From contig CAWFAK010000013.1 in the NCBI GenBank assembly GCA_963813715.1, positions 1-64,000 of the forward strand: DNA of 64,000 nt. The letters run 5' to 3'. Within the stretch, counting starts at the first letter, position 1; each line of letters starts with the position of its first letter. This stretch comes from an uncultured Planctomycetaceae bacterium (GTDB lineage: Bacteria; Planctomycetota; Planctomycetia; Planctomycetales; Planctomycetaceae). The notes under the pieces are model-generated. The model saw only the letters and a list, made by a program, of their open reading frames with translations, did not search any database and was not told where the DNA came from. Shown here one piece after another: positions 25,783 to 39,305 of this stretch. The position numbers and the translations under genes were made by a program.

Positions 25783-28182
25783 TCAATCGCGCGTCGTGTG
25801 GCGTTCGGCGCAGAGACGGCCATCAGCGGCGCGCTGACTGAAATCCACCAGCCAGGCGGGCGGCGACGAATCCAGGCGGCTCGTCCGAGTTGCGGGGGAT
25901 GGCCAGCGAGCGAAGGTCGATCGCCGAGGCCGCCGCCGTCTGAGCGAGCGATCCGGCCGGGTCGGCGCTCGCGGGCTGAATCGGAGCAGCGAATTGAAAA
26001 TCGCCGACGGCCAGCCCTTCGACGGAGAGTCCGCGCAGTCGACGGGCATCACCGTATCCGCCCCCGGTTTGCTCCAGCCGACGATCGGAATCTCGGGCCG
26101 GATGACCGAATCGCCTCCCGTGATCAGCACGGCCCGTCCACGACCTGACGGCTGGGTCGGACTAACGAGGCGAATCAATGCGGCTCCGCGCCCGGCCAGA
26201 TCGAAGGCCGAATCGCGGAGCACCAGGTGCAATTGTCCGTTCGCACCCTTCGGCCCTCGGGCCAGGCAGCAGAGCCAGCTGGCCTGTCGTAGCGTGACAT
26301 GCTGCGCCACGACGGAAATATCCCGCTCGGCACTCCGCTCATCGAAGTCGAGCATGCCGCCCCCCAGCTTGAGGCAGTTGTCGATTTCAATGCGGCTCGG
26401 TGGAGACGCGCAGCGGAGCGCCGCTCGCGGAGTCGCGAAGACGGTGTTGGTGAAGCGGATGCGGCCGGCGTCGGGGTCGCGAGCCGGAGCCGCCGTCCAG
26501 GTGATCGTTGCTCGCAAGGACTCTGAGCCACCCACTCCCGAGACAAAGGCACAGTCGCCAATTGCGAATTCTTGCGAACGCACCTGGATGAGTGCATCGG
26601 CCGAGGAGGTCGCCGCACGGCGCACGATGACGTGCTCCAGCACTAATTTGCGGCAGCCCAGTTGCAGCGGCCGGTCGTCGACCAGAATTGTTGCCGGCTT
26701 TGCGCCTCTGCCACGAATCAGTAGGTCGCCGACGCAGTGGACCGTTTCCGCTTCGTAGGGGCCTTCCGCCAATTCGATCACACCGTCGGCATTGGGAGGC
26801 GGCAGCGGCTGCAGAGAATGAGCGGTTCGCTCGCGCGGAGCCTCGGCCGTGCGGGCAGCCGACTCGATTTGCGGCAAGTGGTCGCTCGCGGAATTGGACG
26901 TGTCCGTGCCGGCGGTCGGCAGCGGGTGGCCGTTGCCCACTCGCAGTAACTCGGCCGTCGCTCCGTGCCGCACCAGGAACAGGGCCGCGCCGGAAAGGAC
27001 GAAGACCAGCAGCGCGACGGCGGCGGTTGGAAATCGCGCCGGCCGTTCGAGCGTGAGCTGATCGGACGGGGCCGCGCCGTCGAAGCGTCGCAGAAAGCGG
27101 GCCAGGCGTTGCTTGCCGCTGGGGGTCGGCGTGCCGAAACGGCGGGCGATTGCGGCGAACGTCGCCGGGCGTTGGTCTGGATCGGAATGCGTGCAGGCGC
27201 GGACAGCCTCGGCGAGGTTGGCCGGCGTGTCCGGTGCGATGGTCCGCACGTCGGGCACGCCCCGCGATTGGTGAGCGGCCAGCTTGGCCAACGGGTCGGC
27301 GGTGGGAAACGGCGGGCGTCCGGCCAGCATCTGCCAGAGCAGACAGCCGAAGGCGTAAATCTCGCTGGCCGTCGTCAGCGGGCTGCCGGTGCCGATCCGC
27401 TCGGGAGCGATCGCGTCGTAAGCCTCGGGTGGGACGTTGTCGCGAATGAGCACGCCCTTGTCGAGCGCACTGCCGACTCCCGCATCGACGAGCACGGCGT
27501 TTCCGGCGCTCGTGATCCTCACGTTGTCGAGACGGATTTGACCGTGGAGCAATGTGCGAGCCTCGAGTGACGCACAGCCATGCGCGAGCTGTCGCCCGAT
27601 CTCGGCGACGATCTCCGGAGCGAATCGTCCCCGCCGCACGAGCAACTCTTTGCAACTGGGTCCGGGGAGGAAACGGCTGAGGACGACGAGCGAGCCGGAC
27701 TGTTCGATCAGCGCGTGCGGCGCGACGACGTGCGGCGACTCGAGCCCGCGCGTTTTTTCGATTCCGCTGCGCAATCGCTCAGCGATGTGGGGTAGTTCGT
27801 CGCCGAGAGCGCGCACTCGCTTGAGCGCGAGCGTCTCGCCCTGTGGGCCGCGGGCGCGAAACGTGGCCGAGTTGTTCCCCGAGCCGAGACGTTCGAGCAA
27901 AACGCACGGTCCGATGCAAAGCTGCTCCGGCTGCGCGGATTGCAGGACCTTGGCCTGATAGGGCGTCAGGCTGCCCAACTGAACGAGTGCATCGATCCAG
28001 ACGAAGTCGAAGGCGGGAATGCCCCGCGCCAATTTGCGGACGATTCGCCGGGAACGCCGAAAATCGCGGTCTGAGCAGAGATGCAGACGGACGAGCGTGT
28101 CCCGCAAGTTCTTATTGGCTGGCGACACGAACACTTTGCGGGTGTCCCTGAGAGCGGCCGATATTGAGAGTCGGCCGGACAA
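25783..28182 (-). CDS. Membrane Ser/Thr kinase-like protein (probable pseudokinase) with extracytoplasmic beta-rich domain
   Basis: LTPYQA..IGPCVLLERLGSG, LALKR, HGQIRLDN, LVDAG, IAPER, SEIYAFGCLLWQMLAGRPPF, DPDQRP, then a TM helix. The C-terminal end is probably frameshifted. Confidence 0.85.
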   Translation of the reverse strand: MSGRLSISAALRDTRKVFVSPANKNLRDTLVRLHLCSDRDFRRSRRIVRKLARGIPAFDFVWIDALVQLGSLTPYQAKVLQSAQPEQLCIGPCVLLERLGSGNNSATFRARGPQGETLALKRVRALGDELPHIAERLRSGIEKTRGLESPHVVAPHALIEQSGSLVVLSRFLPGPSCKELLVRRGRFAPEIVAEIGRQLAHGCASLEARTLLHGQIRLDNVRITSAGNAVLVDAGVGSALDKGVLIRDNVPPEAYDAIAPERIGTGSPLTTASEIYAFGCLLWQMLAGRPPFPTADPLAKLAAHQSRGVPDVRTIAPDTPANLAEAVRACTHSDPDQRPATFAAIARRFGTPTPSGKQRLARFLRRFDGAAPSDQLTLERPARFPTAAVALLVFVLSGAALFLVRHGATAELLRVGNGHPLPTAGTDTSNSASDHLPQIESAARTAEAPRERTAHSLQPLPPPNADGVIELAEGPYEAETVHCVGDLLIRGRGAKPATILVDDRPLQLGCRKLVLEHVIVRRAATSSADALIQVRSQEFAIGDCAFVSGVGGSESLRATITWTAAPARDPDAGRIRFTNTVFATPRAALRCASPPSRIEIDNCLKLGGGMLDFDERSAERDISVVAQHVTLRQASWLCCLARGPKGANGQLHLVLRDSAFDLAGRGAALIRLVSPTQPSGRGRAVLITGGDSVIRPEIPIVGWSKPGADTVMPVDCADSPSKGWPSAIFNSLLRFSPRAPTRPDRSLRRRRPRRSTFARWPSPATRTSRLDSSPPAWLVDFSQRAADGRLCAERHTTRD

Positions 28183-28753
28183 TTTTGGTCGGTCTTATCC
28201 CAGATTCGAGGGGACCCGACAATAGGGTCCCAGGGGAGCCGCGTTTTGCACGGCGGCGCCTGAGCCGACGGCGGCAATTCCCACCGGAAAACGGGCGTTG
28301 CGAGCGAGCGTCCGAGCCACATATGTGTCGAGTGAACGACTCGTCATTTTGAGGAGAATTTCGCCGCGGCGTTTTGCCCACGTGACCTTTCCATTAACCG
28401 GCGAACGTGCAAGAATACCTCTGCAACGAATGCGGTGCCCCTGCCGGCCGCGCAAACCGGGTTGTGGTTACCGACTGCGGATCTTGGTATGCTGCGAAGT
28501 TTGCGGTGCGCGGGAATGGCCGACTGAAGACTGCGACCGAGGACTGGCCATTCGGAGCGGAGGAACGGGGCGAACGATCGTTGGCGATCCTCGACCGAAA
28601 GCCACCGACTGACCGCCAGGTTGACGTTGAGCCGGGAGGCTGAAGTTAGTCTCCAGCCGCTTCCCTCCCAACGGCCAGCCGGCGGAGAGTGACGACTCGC
28701 TCGTTCTCAAAAACCCGTTCGTGCCCAAAAGATTGTTGTCGAGTTAAAACCCG

Positions 28754-29238
28754 ATGTCCGATCAGCCCGCACAGCGCGAGCTGCGGAGTATTCTCCAATC
28801 GACGCGTGTCGGAGATTTGGAGCTGACTCCGTGCCCGATATTGCCGCCGACGGCGACAGTCGCCGAAGCGGCCGCTGCCATGCGCAAGAGAGCCACGGCA
28901 GCGCTTTGGTGTGCGCGGTTGGCAAAATCGTGGGCATCTTCACCGAGCGCGACCTGATGCGGGTGATCGCCGCCGACCGCGGGCTCAACCTGCCCCTGTC
29001 GCACGTGATGACCGCCAACCCCAAAACGGTCACGACGGCTGACACGCTGTTCGAGGTGGCTCGATCCATGGACGAAGGGGGCTATCGCCGGGTGCCGGTG
29101 GTCGACGCGGCCGGCGTGCCGACCGCCATTGTCGATGTGAAGGCGCTCGTGCACTTCCTCGTCGAGCATTTTCCGTCCGCTGTTTACAACCAGGCCTCGC
29201 ACGATCAGCTCACCACAAAGGACCGTGAGGGGGCGTGA
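28754..29238 (+). CDS. CBS domain protein, one frameshift near 28890
   Basis: TVAEAAAAM, GKIVGIFTERDLM, VMTANP and MDEGGYRRVPVVD. Confidence 0.9.
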
Positions 29239-29348
29239 CCCACCTGAGATTTCGAGTAACGTTAATCCGACCGATTGACTAAATTTTTTGCGTCCGCCTG
29301 CATGACTCTCGCGGCGGGCGAGTTTTACTTCCGAGGAGCGAGCGACTG

Positions 29349-31231
29349 ATGGCGACGATCGAGACACAGGCTCCCGAGGGTCTCAACGGCAAAAAAGTCG
29401 AGCAACTCGAAACCGTAGTCGTCCGCTTCTGCGGCGACTCCGGCGACGGCATGCAGCTGGCCGGCACGCAGTTCACCAACGCGTCGGCCGTGTTCGGCAA
29501 CGACGTCAGCACGCTGCCCGACTTCCCGGCCGAAATCCGCGCTCCCGCCGGCTCGCTGGCAGGCGTTTCCGGGTTTCAGCTTTGCTTCTCGGCCCACGAC
29601 ATCTATACGCCCGGTGACACGGTCGACACGCTCGTCGCCATGAACCCGGCCGCGCTCAAGACGAATCTCAGCGACCTGAAGCGCGGCGGCACGCTGATCC
29701 TCAACGAAGACGCCTTCGATCGCAGCAACCTCAGCAAGGCGGGCTACGCGACCAATCCGCTCGAGGACAATTCTTCGCTGGCCGGTTATCGGGTCCACAA
29801 GGTCCCGATGACCCGCCTGACGCGGGACGCCGTCGAAGGACTGGGGCTTTCGCAGCGCGAGGCGGACCGTTGCCGAAACTTCTTCGCACTGGGTCTCGTT
29901 TACTGGCTGTACGAGCGCGATTCCAAGCCGACTGTGCAGTGGGTGAAGGACAAGTTCGGCAAGAACCCGGCGGTGGCCGAGGCCAATATCCGCGCACTCA
30001 ACGGCGGTTACAATTACGGCTTTTCGACCGAGTCGTTCACCGTCCATTACCAGGTGCCGCCGGCCAAGCTGGCCCCGGGAAAATATCGCAAAATCACCGG
30101 CAACGAGGCGCTGGCCTACGGCCTGGCCACGGTTGCCAAGCTTTCGGGAACGCGGGTGATTTATTCGGGCTACCCGATCACGCCGGCCAGCGACATTCTG
30201 CACGAGCTGTCGAAGCTCAAGCATTTCGGAGTCGTCACCTTCCAGGCCGAGGACGAAATCGCCGCCATGTCGGCTACGGTCGGCGCCGCCTATGGCGGGA
30301 ACCTGGCGGTAACGGCCAGCAGCGGACCGGGAATCTGCCTCAAAGGTGAAGCGATGGGTCTCGGCATGATCACCGAGCTGCCCATGATCATCGTCGACGT
30401 GCAGCGGGGCGGTCCGAGCACCGGCCTGCCGACAAAGACGGAACAATCGGACCTGTTGTTGGCGATGTTTGGTCGCAACGGCGAATCGCCGCTGCCGATT
30501 CTTGCCGCGGCGACGCCGTCCGATTGCTTCGACTTGATTCAAGAGGCGATGCGGATCGCCGTCGACTTCATGTGCCCGGTGATCTTCCTGTCCGACGGCT
30601 ACATCGCCAACGGGGCCGAGCCGTGGCGGATCCCCAAGCTCTCCGACCTCAAGCCGGTTGTGGTGAAGCATCCGACCGAGCGGAATTCGCCGGACGAGTT
30701 CCTCCCCTACAAGCGAGACGAGCGCTACGTGCGTCCTTGGGCGCTGATCGGCACGAAAGGGCTCGAGCATCGCGTCGGCGGTCTCGAAAAAGCGGACGTG
30801 ACCGGCAACGTCGAGTATTCGCCCACCAACCACCAGCACATGACCGACATCCGCTTTTTGAAAATTGCCGGAATCGCCGATTACATTCCCGAGCAGACCG
30901 TCGAGGGGCCCGAATCGGGCGACCTCGTGGTCGTGAGCTGGGGCGGAACTTACGGCAGCGTGCGCACGGCCGTGCGACAGGCCCAGTCCGAGGGCAAGAG
31001 CGTGGCACACTGCCACCTGCGGTACATGAATCCGTTCCCGCGGAACCTCGGGGACATTTTGAAGAGCTATGACAAGGTGCTGGTGCCCGAGCTCAATCGG
31101 GGCCAGTTGCGGTTCCTGCTGCGAAATGAATTCCTCGTTGACGCCAAGGGCTTGAACAAGATTCAGGGCAAGCCGTTCCTCATCAGCGAGGTTGCCGAAG
31201 CCATCCGGAAGTTTTTGGAAAACGGGAGCTT

Positions 31232-31235
<4 letters not shown>
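29349..31235 (+). CDS. korA: 2-oxoacid:acceptor oxidoreductase subunit alpha
   Basis: [38 protein letters not shown] and [20 protein letters not shown]. Confidence 0.96.
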
Positions 31236-32251
<1,016 letters not shown>

Positions 32252-32361
32252 CGGTTCGGGTGCCGCGCACGAGCAAGCGGTCCGCCGCAGGCGGGCTGAC
32301 GGCGTTGCTGCAAGTCCCAGTGTGAAGCGGCTAGCCCGCAATAGAAGACCCGCAACAAAAT

Positions 32362-32883
32362 ATGATTTGTCCGGATTGCGGTTACGACAATATCGAGGGG
32401 GTTGATTGGTGCGAGCAGTGCGGGCAGCCGCTCGTCGAGCTCGACCCGGCCACCTGCGAGCTCGAGGAGTCGATCTCGCGGCATAGCATCCGCGTGCTGT
32501 CGCCCAAACCGGCCGTCACCGTTCCGCCCACGTGCAGTGTACGAGAAGCGGTCCGCACGATGGTCCAGAAGAAGATCGGCTGCCTGCTGATCCAAGAGGC
32601 CGAGAAGGTCGTCGGCGTCTTCACCGAACGCGATGTTCTCAATCGCGTCTCGCCCGATATGACGGCTCTCGACCGCCCGGTTCGCGAGTTCATGACCCCC
32701 TCGCCGGAAACGGTCCGTCGGCAGGATTCGATCGCCTACGCGCTGCACGCGATGGACATCGGCGGCTATCGGCACATGGCGGTAGTCGATTCGGCTGGCG
32801 CGCCGACGGGAATCTTCTCAGTCCGCGACATCTTGCGATTCCTGTGCGTGCGGTTCGCCGAGATTCGCTCGAGCGGCCACTAG
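32362..32883 (+). CDS. CBS domain protein with N-terminal zinc ribbon
   Basis: MICPDCG..CEQCGQPL, followed by a CBS pair (VGVFTERDVL, MTPSPET, GGYRHM). Confidence 0.92.
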   Translation: MICPDCGYDNIEGVDWCEQCGQPLVELDPATCELEESISRHSIRVLSPKPAVTVPPTCSVREAVRTMVQKKIGCLLIQEAEKVVGVFTERDVLNRVSPDMTALDRPVREFMTPSPETVRRQDSIAYALHAMDIGGYRHMAVVDSAGAPTGIFSVRDILRFLCVRFAEIRSSGH

Positions 32884-32895
32884 CTGGGTGGCGAT

Positions 32896-32972
32896 GGGTG
32901 GCACTGGCGGCTTGTCCGCCAGTGTCTTACGGTTTGAGAAGAGCACTGGCGGACAAGCCGCCAGTGCCACCC
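32896..32972. repeat. REP doublet, family A
   Basis: gggtggcactggcggcttgtccgccagtg ... cactggcggacaagccgccagtgccaccc, a perfect 29-bp inverted repeat. Confidence 0.9.
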
Positions 32973-32999
32973 CAAAGCATCGGCAAAGGATTGCCGCAA

Positions 33000-33488
33000 A
33001 TGCCCGAGTCGCCCGCCAGCCCGGCCCTGCTCGTCATTGGCCGTGCCTTTTCGCCTGAGATGGCGGGCGTCGAGCGGCGGGTGGAGGAGCTAGCCCGGGA
33101 TGCGGCCGACGTGCGGATCGCGGCCAACGTCGCCGACGCACTCGCCAAATCCGCAGCCGACGGCTGGCACGCGGATCTGGTCATCGTCTGCCAGCACGGG
33201 CCCGACGAATACACGGCAGCCGAAGTCCGTGCCGTGTTGCGGGCCTTCCCGCTGGCGCGGCTCGTGTGCTGCTACGGTGCGTGGTGCAGTTCCGACGGCC
33301 GCACGCGAGACGTGTGGCCTCTGGCGGTCCGCGTGCCGGCAGAGTGGGCAGCGCGGCGGATCGATCTCGAGCTTGAAGTCCTCGCCGGCACGCGGTGGCC
33401 ATTGCCTCTCACCGCGTCGCGGGACGAGATCTTCTTGTTCGACCCCGAGATGGGGATCGAGACATCGGCCGCGTCGAGCGTTGAATAG
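33000..33488 (+). CDS. Hypothetical protein, receiver (REC)-like alpha/beta pattern
   Basis: ATG at 33000 is in frame with ORF 32532..33488; ADLVIVCQ..FPLARLVCCYGAWC..GRTR. Confidence 0.6.
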   Translation: MPESPASPALLVIGRAFSPEMAGVERRVEELARDAADVRIAANVADALAKSAADGWHADLVIVCQHGPDEYTAAEVRAVLRAFPLARLVCCYGAWCSSDGRTRDVWPLAVRVPAEWAARRIDLELEVLAGTRWPLPLTASRDEIFLFDPEMGIETSAASSVE

Positions 33489-33570
33489 GCCGCTTTCAAA
33501 CCCTCTCCAATTCCGATTGGAGAGTGGCAGGGTGAGGGCTCTTGTCGCGTCACTTATTTCAGCCGCGTGG

Positions 33571-33768
33571 CTACAGATCTTTGGTGAGAACCAATTCAAC
33601 ATAGCCGCACTTGTGGCACGCATAGGCAGAAATTGCGTCGCTTCCACCGAGAAAGCGGCTGAGCCAACTCCTCCACGACGCGAACCGTACAGGCGCTCCG
33701 AAGTAGCCAAGTAGCTGCCCGTAATCTCGATCTTCCGCACCGCACTTCGGGCATTTCTTGTCCGCCAT
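33571..33768 (-). CDS. Small zinc-ribbon protein (65 aa)
   Basis: MADKKCPKCG...AYACHKCGYVEL has two CxxC pairs; it lies directly downstream of ndh. Confidence 0.75.
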   Translation of the reverse strand: MADKKCPKCGAEDRDYGQLLGYFGAPVRFASWRSWLSRFLGGSDAISAYACHKCGYVELVLTKDL

Positions 33769-33797
33769 TTCTAGCCCTTCTACCGGCTGTGCGCGTG

Positions 33798-35087
33798 CTA
33801 CGAACCCGTCTTCTTCGGTGGGTCCGCGTGGGGCGGATGCGTAATCTGCCAACCCGGGCCGACGATCAGTCGGGCTCCACGGCGGTAGGTCAGGTACGAG
33901 ATGGCCCATTGAAAGACGACGAACAGCCGGTTCTTGAACCCGGTGAGATAGTAAATGTGCACGAACAGCCAGATCATCCACGCCGAAAAGCCGCCGAATT
34001 GCAGCTTCCAAATCTCGGCGACGGCCCGGCTGCGGCCGATGGTCGCCAGCTGGCCCTTGTCGACATAGTGAAATTTCGACCGCGGGCGGCCTTCCAGATC
34101 GTGGCGGATGGTGCGGGCGGCAAAACGTCCCTGCTGCATGGCGACCTGCGCGAGGCCGGGGAGCGGCTGGCCGTTCTGGTGGTCAAAGCGGCACTGGTCG
34201 CCGATGACGAAAACCTCCGGGTGCCCCTCGAGCGATAAATCGGGCTGCACGATCACTCGCCCGTTGCGATCCAGGGGCACCTCGAGCGCGTGACTGAGGC
34301 CCACGGCCCGCACGCCGGCCGCCCAGAGCACGGTCGCCGCCTCGATGCGTTCGTTGCCGATTTGCACGCCGCCCGCGTCGACGCCCGTGACCGTGCTGTG
34401 CGTCCAGACCTGCACGCCGAGCGATTCGAGGTCGCGGGTGGCCCGGGCGGAGAGCTTCCGTGGAAACGCGCTCAACACGCGCTCGCCGCTTTCCACCAGG
34501 ATCACGCGGGCCAGCTTCGAGTCGATCCGCTTGAAGTCGCGTGAGAGGGTGAAGCGGCTCATCTCGCCGATCGCGCCGGCCAGCTCGACTCCCGTCGGCC
34601 CGCCCCCCACGACGATAAAAGTGAGCAGCACGCGGCGCTGCTGCAGGTCGTGCGTCCGCTCGGCCTCCTCGAACGACTGCAGGATTCGCCGGCGGATCTC
34701 GGTCGCCTGCTCGATCGTTTTGAGCCCGGGCGCGAAAGGCTCCCACTGATCGTGGCCGAAGTAGGAGTGCAGCGACCCGCAGGCCAGGATCAAGTAGTCG
34801 TAGGGGAAGATGCCGAAGTCGGTGACGACTTCTTTCTGGTCGAGATGCACGTCGGTCACTTCCCCCTCGAGCACTTCGACGTTGGCGAACTGCGAGAGGA
34901 TGCCGCGGATCGGCTGGGCGATTTCGGCAGGGCTCAGGCCGGCCGTGGCGACCTGGTAGAGCAGCGGCTGGAACAGGTGATGGTTGCGGCGATCGAGCAG
35001 CGTGACCTCGATGTGCCGCGCATCGCCGAGCGCCTTTGCCGCGGAAAGTCCGCCGAATCCGCCCCCAATAATCAGCACGCGTGCCAT
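33798..35087 (-). CDS. ndh: Type II NADH:quinone oxidoreductase
   Basis: [43 protein letters not shown] and AQVAMQQG. Confidence 0.95.
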   Translation of the reverse strand: MARVLIIGGGFGGLSAAKALGDARHIEVTLLDRRNHHLFQPLLYQVATAGLSPAEIAQPIRGILSQFANVEVLEGEVTDVHLDQKEVVTDFGIFPYDYLILACGSLHSYFGHDQWEPFAPGLKTIEQATEIRRRILQSFEEAERTHDLQQRRVLLTFIVVGGGPTGVELAGAIGEMSRFTLSRDFKRIDSKLARVILVESGERVLSAFPRKLSARATRDLESLGVQVWTHSTVTGVDAGGVQIGNERIEAATVLWAAGVRAVGLSHALEVPLDRNGRVIVQPDLSLEGHPEVFVIGDQCRFDHQNGQPLPGLAQVAMQQGRFAARTIRHDLEGRPRSKFHYVDKGQLATIGRSRAVAEIWKLQFGGFSAWMIWLFVHIYYLTGFKNRLFVVFQWAISYLTYRRGARLIVGPGWQITHPPHADPPKKTGS

Positions 35088-35251
35088 GGTACGAATTTAC
35101 CGGATGCCTGCAATGTTGTCGCGGAATCGATATAGTTGAGGGCGGCGCTGGGGATTGCCGGAGTCCAGGCGAAGGCGGCAATCCGAGCGTCGGCGAAGCC
35201 GTCACTTCAAGAATTCATCCGAAAATCCAAAACGCTGTGAGGAGCCTGCCG

Positions 35252-36775
<1,524 letters not shown>

Positions 36776-36791
36776 AGCGCTACGAGTTCTT

Positions 36792-36921
36792 CCTCTCCCG
36801 GTCCTCCGGCAGAGGGCCGGGGTGAGGGCCGCTTTTCCTAAACATCATCCGGTACGGCATCACGCTCGCCGAAAAGAGAAGAGCCCTCACCCTTCCCTCT
36901 CCCATCGGAATGGGAGAGGGC
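36792..36921. repeat. REP-like inverted pair, family C
   Basis: cctctcccggtcctccggcagagggccggggtgaggg ... ccctcacccttccctctcccatcggaatgggagaggg. Confidence 0.7.
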
Positions 36922-36946
36922 TTACGGATCGTCTGACGGTGGCTCG

Positions 36947-38023
36947 ATGGGCTCTGATCTGAAAAACCGTGTGCGAGTGTCACGGACTTCGCAGTCTGTG
37001 GCGCTCGCCACGCTTTTGTGGGCGTTGTGCCTGACCATCGGTCATGCTGCTGGCGGGCCCCGGACCGACCAATTCGGGCGGGACCTGGGAATAGGCAACC
37101 GCCCGCGTCAGAATCCAAGAGCGGCGAGTGGGGCGATCACGTCGATGCTCCCTTGCCCGATTACGTCACCGGTGAAGAGTGCCTGTTCTGTCACCGGGAC
37201 GATTGGGGCAACCGCTGGGCGAAAAACTATCACCAGCGGACGATGCGTCCGGCCGAAGCCGACTCGCCTCCGATGAAAGCTCTGGCGGCCGACGCCGACA
37301 CGAAGAGCTTTGTCCCCGACGCGGCTTATCTGTTGGGCACGCGGCGCGAGATCCGTTTTCTCAAACGATCGAGCGACTACGGCAAGGTTGGGCTGCTCTC
37401 GATCGCCTATACGCCGGTCGCCCCAGGGGCGAACAGCCGCCGGGCCCACGGCAAACTGACCGAAACCAAGAGTGGGCACTGGGACGAGCAGAAGTTTGCC
37501 AAGTCCTGCGCGGGCTGCCACACGACGGCCGTCGATCCGCAGACGCATGCTTTCTCGGCAGTCTCACTCGATTGCTATGCGTGTCACGGCATCGTCAATC
37601 TCAAACACTCCAGAGACACGAAGTTGATCGCGTTCGGTAAGGGCAATGCCGACCCGCCTCGCGTGCAACTGGCCAACTGCGCAGTGCCACTTGCGGACGG
37701 GCAAGTCGAAAAAGAGCGGTCTGCCCTACCCGACGAACTTCGTCGTCGGCGACAACCTGTTCCGCGACTTCGAGGTTGATCTGGGCGACGCGGCCCTTGC
37801 TAAGATGAATCCGGGCGACCGGCACGTCGCTCAGAATGTTCGCGAGGTGCTCGCGGGCAAGTCGACCATCACCTGCGTCAGCTGCCACGATATCCACCAG
37901 CAAAGTTCGACCAAGCACCGGCAGGTGGCGGAGGGGGCCACTTGCGTCTCCTGCCACGCACCGGGTGAGCCGAAATCGAAAGTGATCAAATACGAGGTGC
38001 ACAGTAGCCTGTGCGAATACTGA
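36947..38023 (+). CDS. Exported multiheme c-type cytochrome (six CxxCH motifs), two frameshifts
   Basis: Signal-like N-terminus; CLFCH, CAGCH, CYACH, CAQCH (across a frameshift near 37682), CVSCH and CVSCH. Confidence 0.85.
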
Positions 38024-38053
38024 CGACGCTGTGCGAATATTGACACAGCATCC

Positions 38054-38175
38054 GGCGAGCGGCGGGTGTCAGCCCGCCGGTTCTTGATCGTCGAAAGACT
38101 GCAGACGAACGGAAAGCTCGAAACCTTGAAACCTGACAAAAATCAGAACCGGCCGGCTGACACCGGCCGCTCGCC
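38054..38175. repeat. REP doublet, family D
   Basis: ggcgagcggcgggtgtcagcccgccggttct ... agaaccggccggctgacaccggccgctcgcc, a ~31-bp inverted repeat. Confidence 0.85.
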
Positions 38176-38189
38176 AAGAGGTAAACGCC

Positions 38190-38465
38190 ATGACGCCCGC
38201 CAACTCAGTTGACTATGAACACGCGCCGGACGGCAGCCCGATGGACGAAACGGACGTCGCGGTTCGTGCCTACCTGTCGCGGATGAGCGACGAAAAGCTC
38301 CGCGAATACGACCCCAACTGGTCCGACGAAAAGCTGATGGAGTGGGACGGAAACTTCCGCTCCGACGGTGCGCTCATGCTCGTCTGCACCGAGCGAGACA
38401 TCTCTCCCGAGGATTACCGTGAAGTGATGGCCGAACACTTGAAGCTTCGCGGCATTCGTTCCTGA
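38190..38465 (+). CDS. Small acidic hypothetical protein
   Basis: 91-aa ORF with RBS AGAGG and normal codon usage; first gene of the run with the SDR and nadB. Confidence 0.75.
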   Translation: MTPANSVDYEHAPDGSPMDETDVAVRAYLSRMSDEKLREYDPNWSDEKLMEWDGNFRSDGALMLVCTERDISPEDYREVMAEHLKLRGIRS

Positions 38466-38516
38466 ACCGGGCGAGCCGGCGGCAGGCGTCGCCGGGTCGA
38501 CTGCACGGGAGTTGCC

Positions 38517-39305
38517 ATGACGGCAGAATCCTATCTGAAGGGGCTGTTCGGCCTGCACGGGCGGACAGCCGTCGTGATTGGCGGGACCGGCGTGCTGGGC
38601 AGCGCGTTCTGCGAGGCGCTGGCCGGAGCCGGAGCGCACACCGTCGTCGCCGGCCGCGACCGGGCTCGTGGGGCCGACTGCGTTCAACGGCTCACGTCAG
38701 CCGGAGGCGGGGCCGAATTCTTTTCGCTCGACTGCACGAGCCACAGGGACCTCGACAACCTGGTGACCCATTTGAGCCGCGGCAATCGCGCGGTCGACGT
38801 GCTGGTCAACGGCGCCGGGATCAACTCGGCCACCCCCTTTCTGGAAATCACCGAGGAGGAGTGGGATCGCATCTTGAACGTCAACCTCCGCGGGGTGCGG
38901 CTGGCCTGCCAGGTCTTGGGCAAATACATGATCCAACGGGGGACGCGCGGTTCGATCATCAACATCGCGTCGCTCTCGGGCATCACGCCGCTGTCGCGAG
39001 TCTTCACCTATTCCGCGACGAAGGCGGCCGTGATCAACCTGACGCAGAACCTGGCTCGCGAATGGGCCCATGTGGGCATCCGCGTCAACTCCGTGTCGCC
39101 CGGCTTTTTCCCGGCCGAGCAGAACAAGTCGATCCTCACCGAAGAGCGGATCGAAAGCGTGATGCGGCACACGCCCCTCAAGCGGTTCGGACTTCCCAAG
39201 GAGCTGGCCGGCGCGATTTTGTTTTTGGCGTCGCCCAACGCGGGCAGCTTTGTGACCGGGACCAACCTCGTGGTGGACGGCGGCTTTTCGAGCACGACGA
39301 TATGA
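38517..39305 (+). CDS. SDR family oxidoreductase (UxuB/KduD-like)
   Basis: IGGTGVLG, LVNGAG, YSATK, VSPGFF and VVDGG. Confidence 0.93.
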   Translation: MTAESYLKGLFGLHGRTAVVIGGTGVLGSAFCEALAGAGAHTVVAGRDRARGADCVQRLTSAGGGAEFFSLDCTSHRDLDNLVTHLSRGNRAVDVLVNGAGINSATPFLEITEEEWDRILNVNLRGVRLACQVLGKYMIQRGTRGSIINIASLSGITPLSRVFTYSATKAAVINLTQNLAREWAHVGIRVNSVSPGFFPAEQNKSILTEERIESVMRHTPLKRFGLPKELAGAILFLASPNAGSFVTGTNLVVDGGFSSTTI

